Program-made: the position numbers and the translations under genes
In this document: piece by piece, positions 29,509 through 38,766 of the stretch
Position numbering within the stretch: position 1 is the stretch's first letter
Layout of the letters: each line of letters starts with the position of its first letter
The notes under the pieces: generated by a model
What the model saw: only the letters and a program-made list of their open reading frames with translations
What the model was told of the DNA's origin: nothing
Databases searched by the model: none
Source of the DNA: Deltaproteobacteria bacterium
Lineage (GTDB): Bacteria; Desulfobacterota_D; UBA1144; Nemesobacterales; CSP1-2
Reading direction: 5' to 3'
Length of the DNA: 64,000 nucleotides
Assembly: GCA_052390235.1 (NCBI GenBank)
Contig: JBQTHB010000005.1
Coordinates: forward strand, 47,337 to 111,336

Positions 29509-31089
29509 CTAAGTCGCATAGGACGATGCCCTGACCTCTCTGACGACGGTAATTTTTATCTGCCCAGGATAGGCGACCTCGCGCTCGATTTTCTTGGCTA
29601 TCTCGTTGGACAGAAGCACCGACTCCTCGTCGTTCACTTTACTGCTCTCGACAATTACCCTCACCTCGCGCCCAGCTTGAATGGCATAGCACTTCTCCAC
29701 GCCGCGGAACGAGCTTCCGATTCTCTCTATGTCCTCGATTCTCTTGACATAAGCCTCGTACATCTCCCGCCTCGCCCCCGGTCTTGCCGCCGAGATAGCG
29801 TCTGCCGCCTGCACCAGCACCGCCCATATAAGCTGCGGCTGCGGGTCGTGATACTTCGACACGGACTCTATGACCTCCCAAGGCTCTCCGTATTTTCTGA
29901 CGATTTCCGCGCCGATTTCTACGTGCGAACCTTCAATTTCGTGGTCGAGCGCCTTGCCGATGTCGTGCAGAAGCCCAATTCTGCGGGCGAGCTTGGTGTT
30001 GAGTCCCAGTTCCGCCGCTATGACGCCGCAGATGAACGAGACCTCCATCGAGTGGCTCAGGATGTTTTGAGAGTAGCTGCTGCGGTACTTCAATTTCCCG
30101 ACGAGTTTTACAAGCTCCGTGTGCATCCCGTGAGCGCCGATGTCGAAGACGGCTTCCTCTCCAGTTTTTTGTATCTCTTTTTCGATTTCCTGCTCGACCT
30201 CGGCGACCACCTCTTCAATTCTCGCCGGATGAATCCTGCCGTCTCCGATGAGACGCTCCAGAGCGACCTTTGCGACCTCTCTGCGTATAGGATTGAGCGA
30301 GGAGATAACGACCGTGCCAGGGGTGTCGTCAATAATGATGTCCACTCCGGTTCTGGACTCGATGGAGCGGATGTTGCGCCCCTCGCGCCCGATGATGCGC
30401 CCTTTCATGTCATCGCTTGGGAGATTCACCACGGAGATGGTCTTCTCGCTCGTGTACTGTCCCGCGTATTTTTGAATTGCAAGGGCGATAATGTCCTTTG
30501 CGCGGCGCTCGGAAGTCTCGTGAAGCTCGTCTTCGATGAGTTTTAGTTTTTTGGCGGAGTCGTGCCTCGCCTCGTTCTCGACGATGCTCACAAGCTCCCT
30601 TTTCGCCGCCTCCTGTGTCATACCGGCAATCTCTTCTATTTTCCTCTTCGCCTCCTCTACTATGGCGTCAAGCTCCCGCTGTTTCTCTTCGGCGGTTCGG
30701 TCTTTTGCGGCGACGTCCCTTTCCTTGTGGGAGAGGTCGGATTCCCGCTTTTCGAGGGTTTCGTACTTTCTATCCAGAGCCTCCTCGCGGTTCTGGAGCT
30801 TTCTCTCGGTTTTTGAAAACTCTCTCTGCCGCTCCCGGAGCTCGTTTTGCTTCTCTCTGGCATCGCGCTCGATTTCCCCCTTCGCCCTTTCCAGAGCCTC
30901 TTTTGCGCGAAGCTCTCCTTCAACCTTGATTTTATCGGATTCCTTTTTGGCTATCTGAATTATGCTCTCAGCCTCTCCCATCTTAAGCTCGAGATTTTTC
31001 TTGTCTATTTTGGTCATAAAAAGAAAGTGTCCGATAACCCCTATCGCAACTCCGAACACGGTCGCAAGCATTATCCATATCACGGTCAT
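29509..31089 (-). CDS. rny: Ribonuclease Y
   Basis: N-terminal TM, coiled coil, KH (KGRIIGREGRNIR), HD (LLHDIGK), AIQAGRE; SD AAGGAGG before ATG 31089. Confidence 0.96.
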   Translation of the reverse strand: MTVIWIMLATVFGVAIGVIGHFLFMTKIDKKNLELKMGEAESIIQIAKKESDKIKVEGELRAKEALERAKGEIERDAREKQNELRERQREFSKTERKLQNREEALDRKYETLEKRESDLSHKERDVAAKDRTAEEKQRELDAIVEEAKRKIEEIAGMTQEAAKRELVSIVENEARHDSAKKLKLIEDELHETSERRAKDIIALAIQKYAGQYTSEKTISVVNLPSDDMKGRIIGREGRNIRSIESRTGVDIIIDDTPGTVVISSLNPIRREVAKVALERLIGDGRIHPARIEEVVAEVEQEIEKEIQKTGEEAVFDIGAHGMHTELVKLVGKLKYRSSYSQNILSHSMEVSFICGVIAAELGLNTKLARRIGLLHDIGKALDHEIEGSHVEIGAEIVRKYGEPWEVIESVSKYHDPQPQLIWAVLVQAADAISAARPGARREMYEAYVKRIEDIERIGSSFRGVEKCYAIQAGREVRVIVESSKVNDEESVLLSNEIAKKIEREVAYPGQIKITVVREVRASSYAT

Positions 31090-31700
31090 TTCATCCTCCT
31101 TTGAAAGCAGAAAATTGTACGGGATTCCGTAATCAGGCATCCCACAGGGGCATCCCAAGGCTCTGGCGGGAGAGGGGCGAGAAGCTGAAAATCGTAAATC
31201 AGCGAGACCCTGCGCTCCCGGGCAACATTGCCCAACGCTCGGTCATAGTATCCCCCTCCGTAACCCACCCTAGTGCCGGACTGGTCAAAGGCAACCCCCG
31301 GGACTATGACAATATCTAGGGATTGACCGGGGATAGGGGGCGAGTCTCGAGGCGGCTCAGGGATTTGAAATTTCCCCGGCGCAAGCTCGGACAAATCGCT
31401 TATCTTGGCAAATATAAGGGATGAGCCTTCGACACGCGGGAAATATATATCTTTTCCCATGCGCCTTGACCTCTCAAAGACGGCTTCGGTTCGCGCCTCG
31501 TTTTTTACCGGGCAATAGAGGGCGATGGTCTTTGCCCGAACGTAACTCTCAAGGGCGAAGAGGGCCTCGCAGATTTTCTCGCTTTTTTGATTTACTTCCT
31601 CGGGGCTTAGGGCAAGCCTGCGTTGAAGCAAACCGGAGCGTATGGATTTTTTATGCTCTCCGCCCTGTTCATGAGCCTCGTCCGAGCCGGAGAATTCCAG
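31086..31700 (-). CDS. ygfA: 5-formyltetrahydrofolate cyclo-ligase (start codon uncertain)
   Basis: IPEP, VPGVAFD, RVGYGGGYYDR. No in-frame ATG after zapA; CTG at 31700 used. Confidence 0.88.
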   Translation of the reverse strand: MEFSGSDEAHEQGGEHKKSIRSGLLQRRLALSPEEVNQKSEKICEALFALESYVRAKTIALYCPVKNEARTEAVFERSRRMGKDIYFPRVEGSSLIFAKISDLSELAPGKFQIPEPPRDSPPIPGQSLDIVIVPGVAFDQSGTRVGYGGGYYDRALGNVARERRVSLIYDFQLLAPLPPEPWDAPVGCLITESRTIFCFQRRMK

Positions 31701-31713
31701 CCCTGAGCGGTGT

Positions 31714-32070
31714 TTAGTACTTTGAAGGGTCGCTCCAACCGTACTTGGGCTGAGGGTCGCCTCTGGTTTCACCCTGAGTACCAAAGGCTTGAGATGGCTC
31801 TCTGCCTTCCAGTAGGTCGAGTAGCGTTTTTGATCTGTCTTCAGCACGATATTGAAACTCCTCGAACTCTCTTTTTAACCTAAAATACTCGTCGGCTATC
31901 TTGAGCGTTGCGAGGAGAAGAGGGTAAGGCAGGGAAACAGAGCCGAGTTGAGGATCCACTTCCTTTACTTTTTCTTCCAAGTAAGCGGCTATATTTGTTA
32001 TATAATCTTCATCGGCGTCGGTTTTTACAAAATACTCGTTGTTTAAAACGTTTATTTTTACTCGTCTCAA
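31714..32070 (-). CDS. zapA: Cell division protein ZapA
   Basis: VKINVLNNEY, IAAYLEEK, LATLKIADE pattern; conserved position upstream of ygfA-rny. Confidence 0.8.
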   Translation of the reverse strand: MRRVKINVLNNEYFVKTDADEDYITNIAAYLEEKVKEVDPQLGSVSLPYPLLLATLKIADEYFRLKREFEEFQYRAEDRSKTLLDLLEGREPSQAFGTQGETRGDPQPKYGWSDPSKY

Positions 32071-32075
32071 CTTTG

Positions 32076-32285
32076 TTATGCCTCTGATCTGGATAGATAA
32101 AGCTCAATTTTTTCGATAATTCTCTTTATTGTCTCTCTAGCCTCTTCTCTCTCTAGCTCTAGTTCTCTTAAGCTCTCGCTGAGTTTCGCAACCTCTCCAG
32201 CGAGACTATTGCGTTCAGCCTCAAGAATCGCCTTCGTTGATAACGTCTCTTTGATTCTCGATTCAAGAATATCCATTATTTTCAT
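32076..32285 (-). CDS. zapB: ZapB-like short coiled-coil protein
   Basis: 69-aa heptad coiled coil directly upstream of zapA. Confidence 0.6.
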   Translation of the reverse strand: MKIMDILESRIKETLSTKAILEAERNSLAGEVAKLSESLRELELEREEARETIKRIIEKIELYLSRSEA

Positions 32286-32353
32286 GACGTTACTGCGACA
32301 AGTTTAATCTTATCTTGAAATCTTTGCAAGATGTGTAATGATAATTGCCTAAA

Positions 32354-33427
32354 ATGGCGCAAATAGGCATACTCAAAAGACTCGACGAAGTAGAGAAAAA
32401 ATACGAAGACCTGGAGCGCACCCTGAGCGCGCCCGATTTATCCCCCGCTGAAATCCACCGCTACTCAAAAGAGCGCTCCGATAGAAGCGAAGTTGTCGAA
32501 AACTACAGGGAGTTCAAAAAAACCCTCGAAGACATAGAGCAGAACAAAGCCCTCGCCGCCGACAAAGAACTCGCCGAGCTTGCCCGCGAGGAGGTCGCCG
32601 CACTCGAACAAAAACTCGCCGAAATCGAGAAAAGGCTCGAACTCCTGCTCCTTCCCAAGGACCCGAACGACGGCAAAAACGTCGTCCTCGAGATACGCGG
32701 GGGAACCGGAGGGGACGAAGCCGCCCTATTTGCCGCAGACCTGTTCCGAATGTACTCGCGCTACGCCGAGCGCAACGGCTGGAAGGTGGAAATCATGGAA
32801 CTGAGCGAAACCGGCGTGGGCGGTCTTAAAGAGGTAATTCTCTCGATAGACGGCAAGAGGGTCTATAGCAGGCTCAAATACGAGGGCGGAGTACACAGGG
32901 TACAGAGAATCCCCGCAACCGAGGCCGGAGGCAGAATCCATACATCCACCGCAACGGTCGCTGTGCTTGCCGAAGCCGACGACGTTGAGGTGATGATTGA
33001 CGATAAGGATCTGCGCATTGACACTTTCCGCGCGGGGGGCAAAGGCGGCCAGCACGTGAACAAAACGGACTCTGCCATCAGAATAACCCACATCCCAAGC
33101 GGCATCGTCGTTAGCTGTCAAAACGAGCGCTCTCAGCACCAAAACCGTATGCTAGGCATGAAAATTCTGCGCGCGAAACTCTACGAACTCGAAGAAGAAA
33201 AACGGGCAAGCCAAATCTCAAACGCCCGACGAAGCATGGTGGGCGGCGGCGAGCGAAGCGAGAAGATACGCACCTATAACTTCCCCCAAGGGCGCATCAC
33301 AGACCACAGAATCGGATTTACCGCGCATAAAATAGAGTTCATCCTCGACGGAGACCTCGAAGAACTCATTGACGCGCTGACAAATTACTACCAAAGCGAG
33401 AGGCTCAAGCAAGCCGTAGAGCTTTAA
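32354..33427 (+). CDS. prfA: Peptide chain release factor 1
   Basis: GTGGDEAALFA, PAT specificity tripeptide (RIPATE), GGQ, RTYNFPQ. Confidence 0.96.
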   Translation: MAQIGILKRLDEVEKKYEDLERTLSAPDLSPAEIHRYSKERSDRSEVVENYREFKKTLEDIEQNKALAADKELAELAREEVAALEQKLAEIEKRLELLLLPKDPNDGKNVVLEIRGGTGGDEAALFAADLFRMYSRYAERNGWKVEIMELSETGVGGLKEVILSIDGKRVYSRLKYEGGVHRVQRIPATEAGGRIHTSTATVAVLAEADDVEVMIDDKDLRIDTFRAGGKGGQHVNKTDSAIRITHIPSGIVVSCQNERSQHQNRMLGMKILRAKLYELEEEKRASQISNARRSMVGGGERSEKIRTYNFPQGRITDHRIGFTAHKIEFILDGDLEELIDALTNYYQSERLKQAVEL

Positions 33428-33508
33428 CATCCGGGCAGTCGCGGTGGGAGGGGGGCGTCCGTTTGTCCGCTCATCCTCTGGATGACTAACCGAGGCGGCG
33501 TGGGGAAT

Positions 33509-33536
33509 TTGTAATTCCACAGCGGTTTAATACAAT
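33509..33536 (+). promoter_or_regulatory. Sigma70-type promoter of ccsA
   Basis: TTGTAA-N16-TACAAT, 7 nt before the ATG. Confidence 0.55.
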
Positions 33537-33543
33537 ATAAAGC

Positions 33544-34362
33544 ATGTTTTGGCACTGGATAATTGCCTCTTGCTATCTCGCCTCTTCGATTTTCTACTTC
33601 GCCCATTTATGGATTCAAAACCCCAGGGTTTCGGTCTGGGGAACGCGCGCAGTTATCCTCGGGGCGGCGCTTCATACGGCAAGCCTCATAGCCATATTCA
33701 AGAGTGGAAACCCGATAGCGGGCGGGTTCGATAGCTCGCTTTATTTCTTCTCCTGGTTCATCGCGCTCGTCTACATAGCGTCTCAGCTCAAATTCAGGAC
33801 AAACACCCTTGGGGCGTTCGCCGCGCCGCTTGTCCTTTTTATGACCCTGCCCTCCCTAATTCTGCCTCAGGGGATTATCGAGCATGACCCCTCGCTTAGA
33901 AACCCTTGGATTCTGACCCACATCGCTCTGATGTTTCTGGGAGAGGCTCTTTTCACCTTCGCGTTTATTGCAAGCGCGCTCTATATATTTCAGGAGAGCC
34001 GGATAAAGTCCAAACGCATGGGAAATTTCCTCATGAAACTCCCATCGCTTACCTCGCTCGATAACCTAAGCCACCTGTGCCTTCTCATCGGATTCCCCGT
34101 GCTTACGGCGGGGCTTGTCCTCGGCGTTATATCGGCAAAGGAAATTTGGGGCGAGCTTTGGCATTGGGGACACAAAGAAACGTGGTCAATGATTACGTGG
34201 TTTCTATACGCCGCGCTGATTCACGGCAGGCTTGCCGCGGGCTGGAGGGGCAGAAAATCAGCCATCGGGGCGGCAGTGGGGTTTGCGGTTATACTTTTTA
34301 CGTTTTTCATTATCGGCTATCTCGCGCCGGGAAGGCACAATTTTTTCCTTGGGGCATATTAA
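33544..34362 (+). CDS. ccsA: Cytochrome c assembly protein CcsA/HemX family
   Basis: About 8 TM helices, WILTH, tryptophan-rich WHWGHKETWS motif. Confidence 0.82.
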   Translation: MFWHWIIASCYLASSIFYFAHLWIQNPRVSVWGTRAVILGAALHTASLIAIFKSGNPIAGGFDSSLYFFSWFIALVYIASQLKFRTNTLGAFAAPLVLFMTLPSLILPQGIIEHDPSLRNPWILTHIALMFLGEALFTFAFIASALYIFQESRIKSKRMGNFLMKLPSLTSLDNLSHLCLLIGFPVLTAGLVLGVISAKEIWGELWHWGHKETWSMITWFLYAALIHGRLAAGWRGRKSAIGAAVGFAVILFTFFIIGYLAPGRHNFFLGAY

Positions 34363-34415
34363 GGGCTTAAATTATGAGCGGCTGGTTATATCCTCGCATT
34401 ATTCTCCAGCTCAAG

Positions 34416-35528
34416 TTATTTAAGTTGAATTATTCTCCCATTGCGCACGGATAAAATCAGAGGATTAGGGGAAATCTCCAGCCCCCCGCCTGCGCCTCTG
34501 GTAACGGTAAACCGTCCGCCTCCTGCCGCCGCCGAGAGCCGCTCGATGATCTGGCTTGCGTCCTGAAGTGGTTCTCTTAACGCCTCAAGCGCCAATTTTG
34601 CCGCTTCATAGATTTGATACTCCAAAAATCCGGGCTTTTCCCCGAACTCGGCTTTAAACTTGGCGCTGAAATTAACCCATTCGGGAGTCGAGGGAGAGAA
34701 AAAATCGGTAAATATTATTTTCTTATTCCTCCCGCCGGAGGATTTTAAAAATGCCTGGCTGTTCCACGTGTTAGGCCCGAGAAACAGCAGATTATCCAGC
34801 GGCAGAGTCTTTTCTACCGCCGCTATTATCTCCCCCGAACGTGTAGCGCCGTCGGGTATGAAAACCGCATCGGGACGGAGCGAGCGTATCCACTCAATCT
34901 CTGTTGAGATGCCGCCCGGAGCGGATACGTAAGAGCCGTCGTAAATCACCTCGCCGCCCAATAAAACCACAGACTTCGTAAAGGACTCTTTAAATAACTG
35001 GCTGATGCGGTTCTGCGGGGCTATCACTGCAAACCTCTTAACGCCCAAATCCCGAACCGAATAGTTGGCAAGGGCGGCGGCCTGCCTCTCAAGGGAGTAG
35101 AAAAACTTTATTAAATAGGGATTGTCGCCCAAACCCTCCTCGGAAATGGGAAAAACCAGCGTAGGCACTTTGAGGGACTCGGCAATTTTAGCTACCTCGT
35201 CAATGGAGACCACCGGCGGCGGGCCAATTATAAGCGACACTCTATCGCGGCTAACCAGCTCTTCAAAGGATTTCCTAAGCCCTTCGGTGTCCCCTGCGAC
35301 GTCCTTGAGGGAGAGTTGAAATCCCTCGGCGGCATTAAAGACGTTTGTAGCCAAAAGGACTCCGCGCAGGGCTTTTCTGCCCACCATTTCATACTCGCCG
35401 CTTAATGGAAAGAGGCATCCCAGAGAGGCGGGTTTTATTTGCGGCTTGTCAATCTGCCCCGGCTCTTGGCAGAATGCCACTGCCGAGAATAAAACGAGCA
35501 ATACGAAAAATATTGAAATGCACTGCAA
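34416..35528 (-). CDS. Periplasmic binding-protein fold protein (LppC/LpoA, branched-chain SBP-like)
   Basis: Signal peptide; GCLFPLSG, LIIGP and PDAVFIPD of type I PBP fold. Confidence 0.7.
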   Translation of the reverse strand: MQCISIFFVLLVLFSAVAFCQEPGQIDKPQIKPASLGCLFPLSGEYEMVGRKALRGVLLATNVFNAAEGFQLSLKDVAGDTEGLRKSFEELVSRDRVSLIIGPPPVVSIDEVAKIAESLKVPTLVFPISEEGLGDNPYLIKFFYSLERQAAALANYSVRDLGVKRFAVIAPQNRISQLFKESFTKSVVLLGGEVIYDGSYVSAPGGISTEIEWIRSLRPDAVFIPDGATRSGEIIAAVEKTLPLDNLLFLGPNTWNSQAFLKSSGGRNKKIIFTDFFSPSTPEWVNFSAKFKAEFGEKPGFLEYQIYEAAKLALEALREPLQDASQIIERLSAAAGGGRFTVTRGAGGGLEISPNPLILSVRNGRIIQLK

Positions 35529-35721
35529 CTTCGGCTTCTCCTCGTATAAATTAATTCATGCCCCGGACGGCGGCGCACTCGTGGGAGATTATAACACACC
35601 GAAGGGGTTTATCCGATAACTCGAGCTATCGGGCGCCGAGAGAGCCTCATTTCTCTTCGCTTTGGCTATGTTAATACAATATGAATTTTCCTAATATGCC
35701 GAAACAATTAGATATTTTATT

Positions 35722-35773
35722 TTCGCAAATGCGAAGAAAAACCCTTGACAACTCTATTCGCAAATATTATATT
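35722..35773 (+). promoter_or_regulatory. Phasin promoter with operator-like palindrome
   Basis: TTCGCA-AA-TGCGAA (35722-35735); TTGACA-N17-TATATT (35745-35773) with a TTCGCAAAT half-site in the spacer. Confidence 0.7.
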
Positions 35774-35808
35774 ACTCCTCAGCAAATACACTTTAGGAGG
35801 CAAATAAA

Positions 35809-36210
35809 ATGGCAGATATAAGAAAAGACATTAAGGTCGAGGACGTTACAGAGTTCTTCAAAGACCTAAGCGGCTTGGTGAAAGAGAACTATCTCCTCAC
35901 GCTCGACGCCTACCTCTCGGTTTGGGAGGAGAACCAGAAATTCGCCAACGCCCAGCTTGAGCAGTTCTACTCCTTTCAGAGAGAATACGCGGAGCAGGTA
36001 AAGACGAACTTCGAAAAACTCCCGAAACAGGTATCCGAGGTTTACACCAATAGCGGAGTTGACCGTATCGCCGCCGCTCAGAAGGAATACGTAAATCTCG
36101 TAAAGAGCGTATCCGATAAATTCACAAAGAGCTCGCTTGCCCTTAGCCAGAAATTGGCTGAAAAGGCGTTTTCGGCGTTCGACGAGCAGCTTAAGACGCT
36201 TAAGTATTAA
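35809..36210 (+). CDS. Probable phasin (PHA granule-associated protein)
   Basis: 133-aa amphipathic helical protein heading the phaE-phaC cluster; strong SD AGGAGG. Confidence 0.6.
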   Translation: MADIRKDIKVEDVTEFFKDLSGLVKENYLLTLDAYLSVWEENQKFANAQLEQFYSFQREYAEQVKTNFEKLPKQVSEVYTNSGVDRIAAAQKEYVNLVKSVSDKFTKSSLALSQKLAEKAFSAFDEQLKTLKY

Positions 36211-36306
36211 TCCCTCATCGGGTAAACTAACATGGAGATGTGCTGGAACCAGGGCATATCTCCCGATGTTAGACCATCGGATTTCTCCTGAGGAGGCTGT
36301 TTGGCT

Positions 36307-36687
36307 ATGGGTACGAAAGATAAAGAGACAGAGTATTTCAGTTATTTTAGAAATCTCTATGAATCTTGGGAAAAATCCACGTCTCACGCCCTTGAGTTAT
36401 GGCTGAAAAGCCCTATATTCAACAACCGGATGGAAAAAGCGGTTGAAAAGTCCACTGAGTTCAGAAGCTATATGCAGGACGTAATGGAGAAGACGCTTAA
36501 ATATAAAGTCCTTCCGAGCAGTACGGATATAGGCAAAATCGCCGACTCTCTCGATGCCCTGAAAGAGAGGCTTGCCGAGCTTGAAGAGAAAATATCCGAA
36601 CTCGAATGGGGCGAAGAGCCTCCTCAAAGACCGAAGGCAGAGAAAGTAAAAACAAAGAGTAAGTCCGCTAACAAGGAGAGAAAATAA
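36307..36687 (+). CDS. Short PhaE-like PHA synthase subunit (copy 1)
   Basis: YESW...WLKSP motif, C-terminal LPS..DI...L..L PhaE-like box and coiled coil; TTG at 36301 is an alternative start. Confidence 0.6.
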   Translation: MGTKDKETEYFSYFRNLYESWEKSTSHALELWLKSPIFNNRMEKAVEKSTEFRSYMQDVMEKTLKYKVLPSSTDIGKIADSLDALKERLAELEEKISELEWGEEPPQRPKAEKVKTKSKSANKERK

Positions 36688-36689
36688 CT

Positions 36690-37151
36690 ATGAGTGAGCA
36701 AAAATTCGACTACACTGAGAATTACAAAAAGTTCTACGAGTCTTGGCAGAAGACCATGTCCGAAGCCGTTGAGACGTGGATGAAAAGCCCGTTTCTAAAT
36801 AATCCCGCCGATGGGGGAGCGGCAAAGCCCTCGGAATTCGACCCGGTGGCGCAGTACAAGAAATTCTACGAAACCTGGGAGAAGACCACATCCGAAGCCA
36901 TGGAGGCTTGGCTAAAGAGTCCGCTCTTTGCCGCCAGCATGGGAAAAGCCATCGAGAAATCCTCTGATGTTAAAAAATATCTCGACGAAGTCATGGAAAA
37001 GAGCCTCAAAAATATGCACTTCCCCACTAAAAACGACATTGACCGCGTCTTAGCCTCCATTAACAACGTTGAAGCCAAAATCAACGACCTGTGGGATAAA
37101 GTTGAGGATTTAAAAAAGCAGAAGGCAAAATCTAGCCCCAATTCTAACTAA
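36690..37151 (+). CDS. phaE: Short PhaE-like PHA synthase subunit (copy 2)
   Basis: Duplicated YKKFYE.W.KT.SEA.E.W.KSP motif; MHFPTKNDIDRV C-terminal PhaE box; upstream of class III phaC. Confidence 0.7.
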   Translation: MSEQKFDYTENYKKFYESWQKTMSEAVETWMKSPFLNNPADGGAAKPSEFDPVAQYKKFYETWEKTTSEAMEAWLKSPLFAASMGKAIEKSSDVKKYLDEVMEKSLKNMHFPTKNDIDRVLASINNVEAKINDLWDKVEDLKKQKAKSSPNSN

Positions 37152-37375
37152 TACCGAGAGTACGCAACGGCGGCTCTCTGCCGGGTGTTCATACCGTCAG
37201 AGGCGGCGCCGCGAGTATGTAGATAAACCAACACGGAAACGTAGTGTAGGAGCTTAAAGCTACGGGGTGTTGGTTTGTTTTTATAAAGCCCGTCGGGCGC
37301 GTTGTGTTCCGCCGATTTTCGGTTATATTCTAGTCGCGCGGGGAGTTGTAATCTTAAAGCAGGAGGCATTTTAAT

Positions 37376-38449
37376 ATGACAGCGAACTATCTTGAATCCA
37401 TAATGCAGGAAAGCGAGAAAGTAAAACAGAAATTCCTAAAAAGCATCGAGCTTGCGCTCGTAAATCCGCCTGAGGTCAAAGTGGGAATCACGCCGCACGA
37501 GGTCGTATTCTCAGAGAATAAACTCCGCCTTCTGCACTATCACCCGCACCCGCTCACGGAGAAAACCTCGAATGTCCCTCTCATATTGGTATTCGCCCTA
37601 GTAAACCGCCCCTATATCATGGATTTAAAACCGGGCAGAAGTGTGGTCGAGGCTCTGCTCAAAAAAGGGATAGACGTATATCTGATTGACTGGGGAGTGC
37701 CTGGGGATGAGGACAAAAATCTCGGACTCAATCACTACATAAACCGCTACATGAAAAAGGTAGTCAACAGGGTCAAGGGCATCTCCGGCTCAGAGCAGGT
37801 GAGCCTTATGGGCTATTGCATGGGCGGGACGATGTCGGCAATGTACACGGCGATTCACCCGGAGGATGTTAAGAATCTGGTTCTCCTCACCGCCGGGATA
37901 GATTTTAAGGTTGACGGAATGCTGAACCTCTGGGGAGATAAGCCCAATTTCGACGTGGACAAATTCGTAGAGGCTTTCGGAAACGTTCCGCCGGAGTTCC
38001 TGCAGACCGGGTTTCTCATCATGAAGCCGGTGCAGAATCTGGTGTCGAAATACGTCGGTTTCTATGAGAACATAGAAAACGAGCAGTTTTTGGATAATTA
38101 CTTCGCCATGGAGAAGTGGCTCAACGACAACATTCCAGTCGCAGGAGAGGTGTTCAGGGAATTCGTCAAATACTGCTATCAGGAGAATCAGCTCGTGGAG
38201 AGCAAGCTCAAAATCAACGGTAAAATCGTTGATTTGAAGCGGATAAAATGCTCCGTGCTAAACCTCATAGCCGAGCATGACCACCTAGTGCCGCCTCAGT
38301 CGAGCCTTGCACTGAAGAACCTCATCTCAAGCGAAGACCAAGAGAGCATAGTCTATCCCACAGGGCATATCGGTATGTCCGTAAGCAGTAAGACTCTAAA
38401 AGACCTCTGGCCCAGAGTCGCCGGCTGGCTCATCGAGAGATCTAGATAA
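37376..38449 (+). CDS. phaC: Class III poly(3-hydroxyalkanoate) synthase PhaC
   Basis: ALVNRPYIMDL, YLIDWG, lipase box GYCMGG, EHDHLV, TGHIG; 357 aa. Confidence 0.93.
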   Translation: MTANYLESIMQESEKVKQKFLKSIELALVNPPEVKVGITPHEVVFSENKLRLLHYHPHPLTEKTSNVPLILVFALVNRPYIMDLKPGRSVVEALLKKGIDVYLIDWGVPGDEDKNLGLNHYINRYMKKVVNRVKGISGSEQVSLMGYCMGGTMSAMYTAIHPEDVKNLVLLTAGIDFKVDGMLNLWGDKPNFDVDKFVEAFGNVPPEFLQTGFLIMKPVQNLVSKYVGFYENIENEQFLDNYFAMEKWLNDNIPVAGEVFREFVKYCYQENQLVESKLKINGKIVDLKRIKCSVLNLIAEHDHLVPPQSSLALKNLISSEDQESIVYPTGHIGMSVSSKTLKDLWPRVAGWLIERSR

Positions 38450-38475
38450 AAATTGGCAAAAACAATACTGACCCG

Positions 38476-38513
38476 AGCGGAGCAGACCTGAAGCGGTTTG
38501 TTCCGCTTTTTTT
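38476..38513 (+). terminator. Intrinsic terminator after phaC
   Basis: GCGGAGCAGACC/GGTTTGTTCCGC stem + T7. Confidence 0.8.
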
Positions 38514-38766
38514 ATTCAACCCGCACGCCACTTGCAACGAGCAGGCGCTCATCTGTCAATATATAGCAATCTCAGGGGATTTTGGGCCGCGATGAGAGAT
38601 AAATCCCATCAGCGCGCAACTGTCTCGAATAGAGTAGAAGTACCGCAGCTAAGGGAGTGCAGCAGCACAGTCCCTTAGCTGACCGAGGGGCTTCGGCGCA
38701 CCTCTTCAGGCGCGCAAGCCGCCGCTCGATAAGCTCAGGGGGAATTGGGAAAGCGAAATTTCGGAT

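Noticed and set aside
29677-30546. 289-aa ORF antisense to rny
   Set aside because: Antisense shadow of a conserved gene.
36234-36263. Hairpin after the phasin gene
   Set aside because: Real stem (GGAGATGTGC/GCATATCTCC) but no T run; most simply an mRNA stabiliser, not a separate element.
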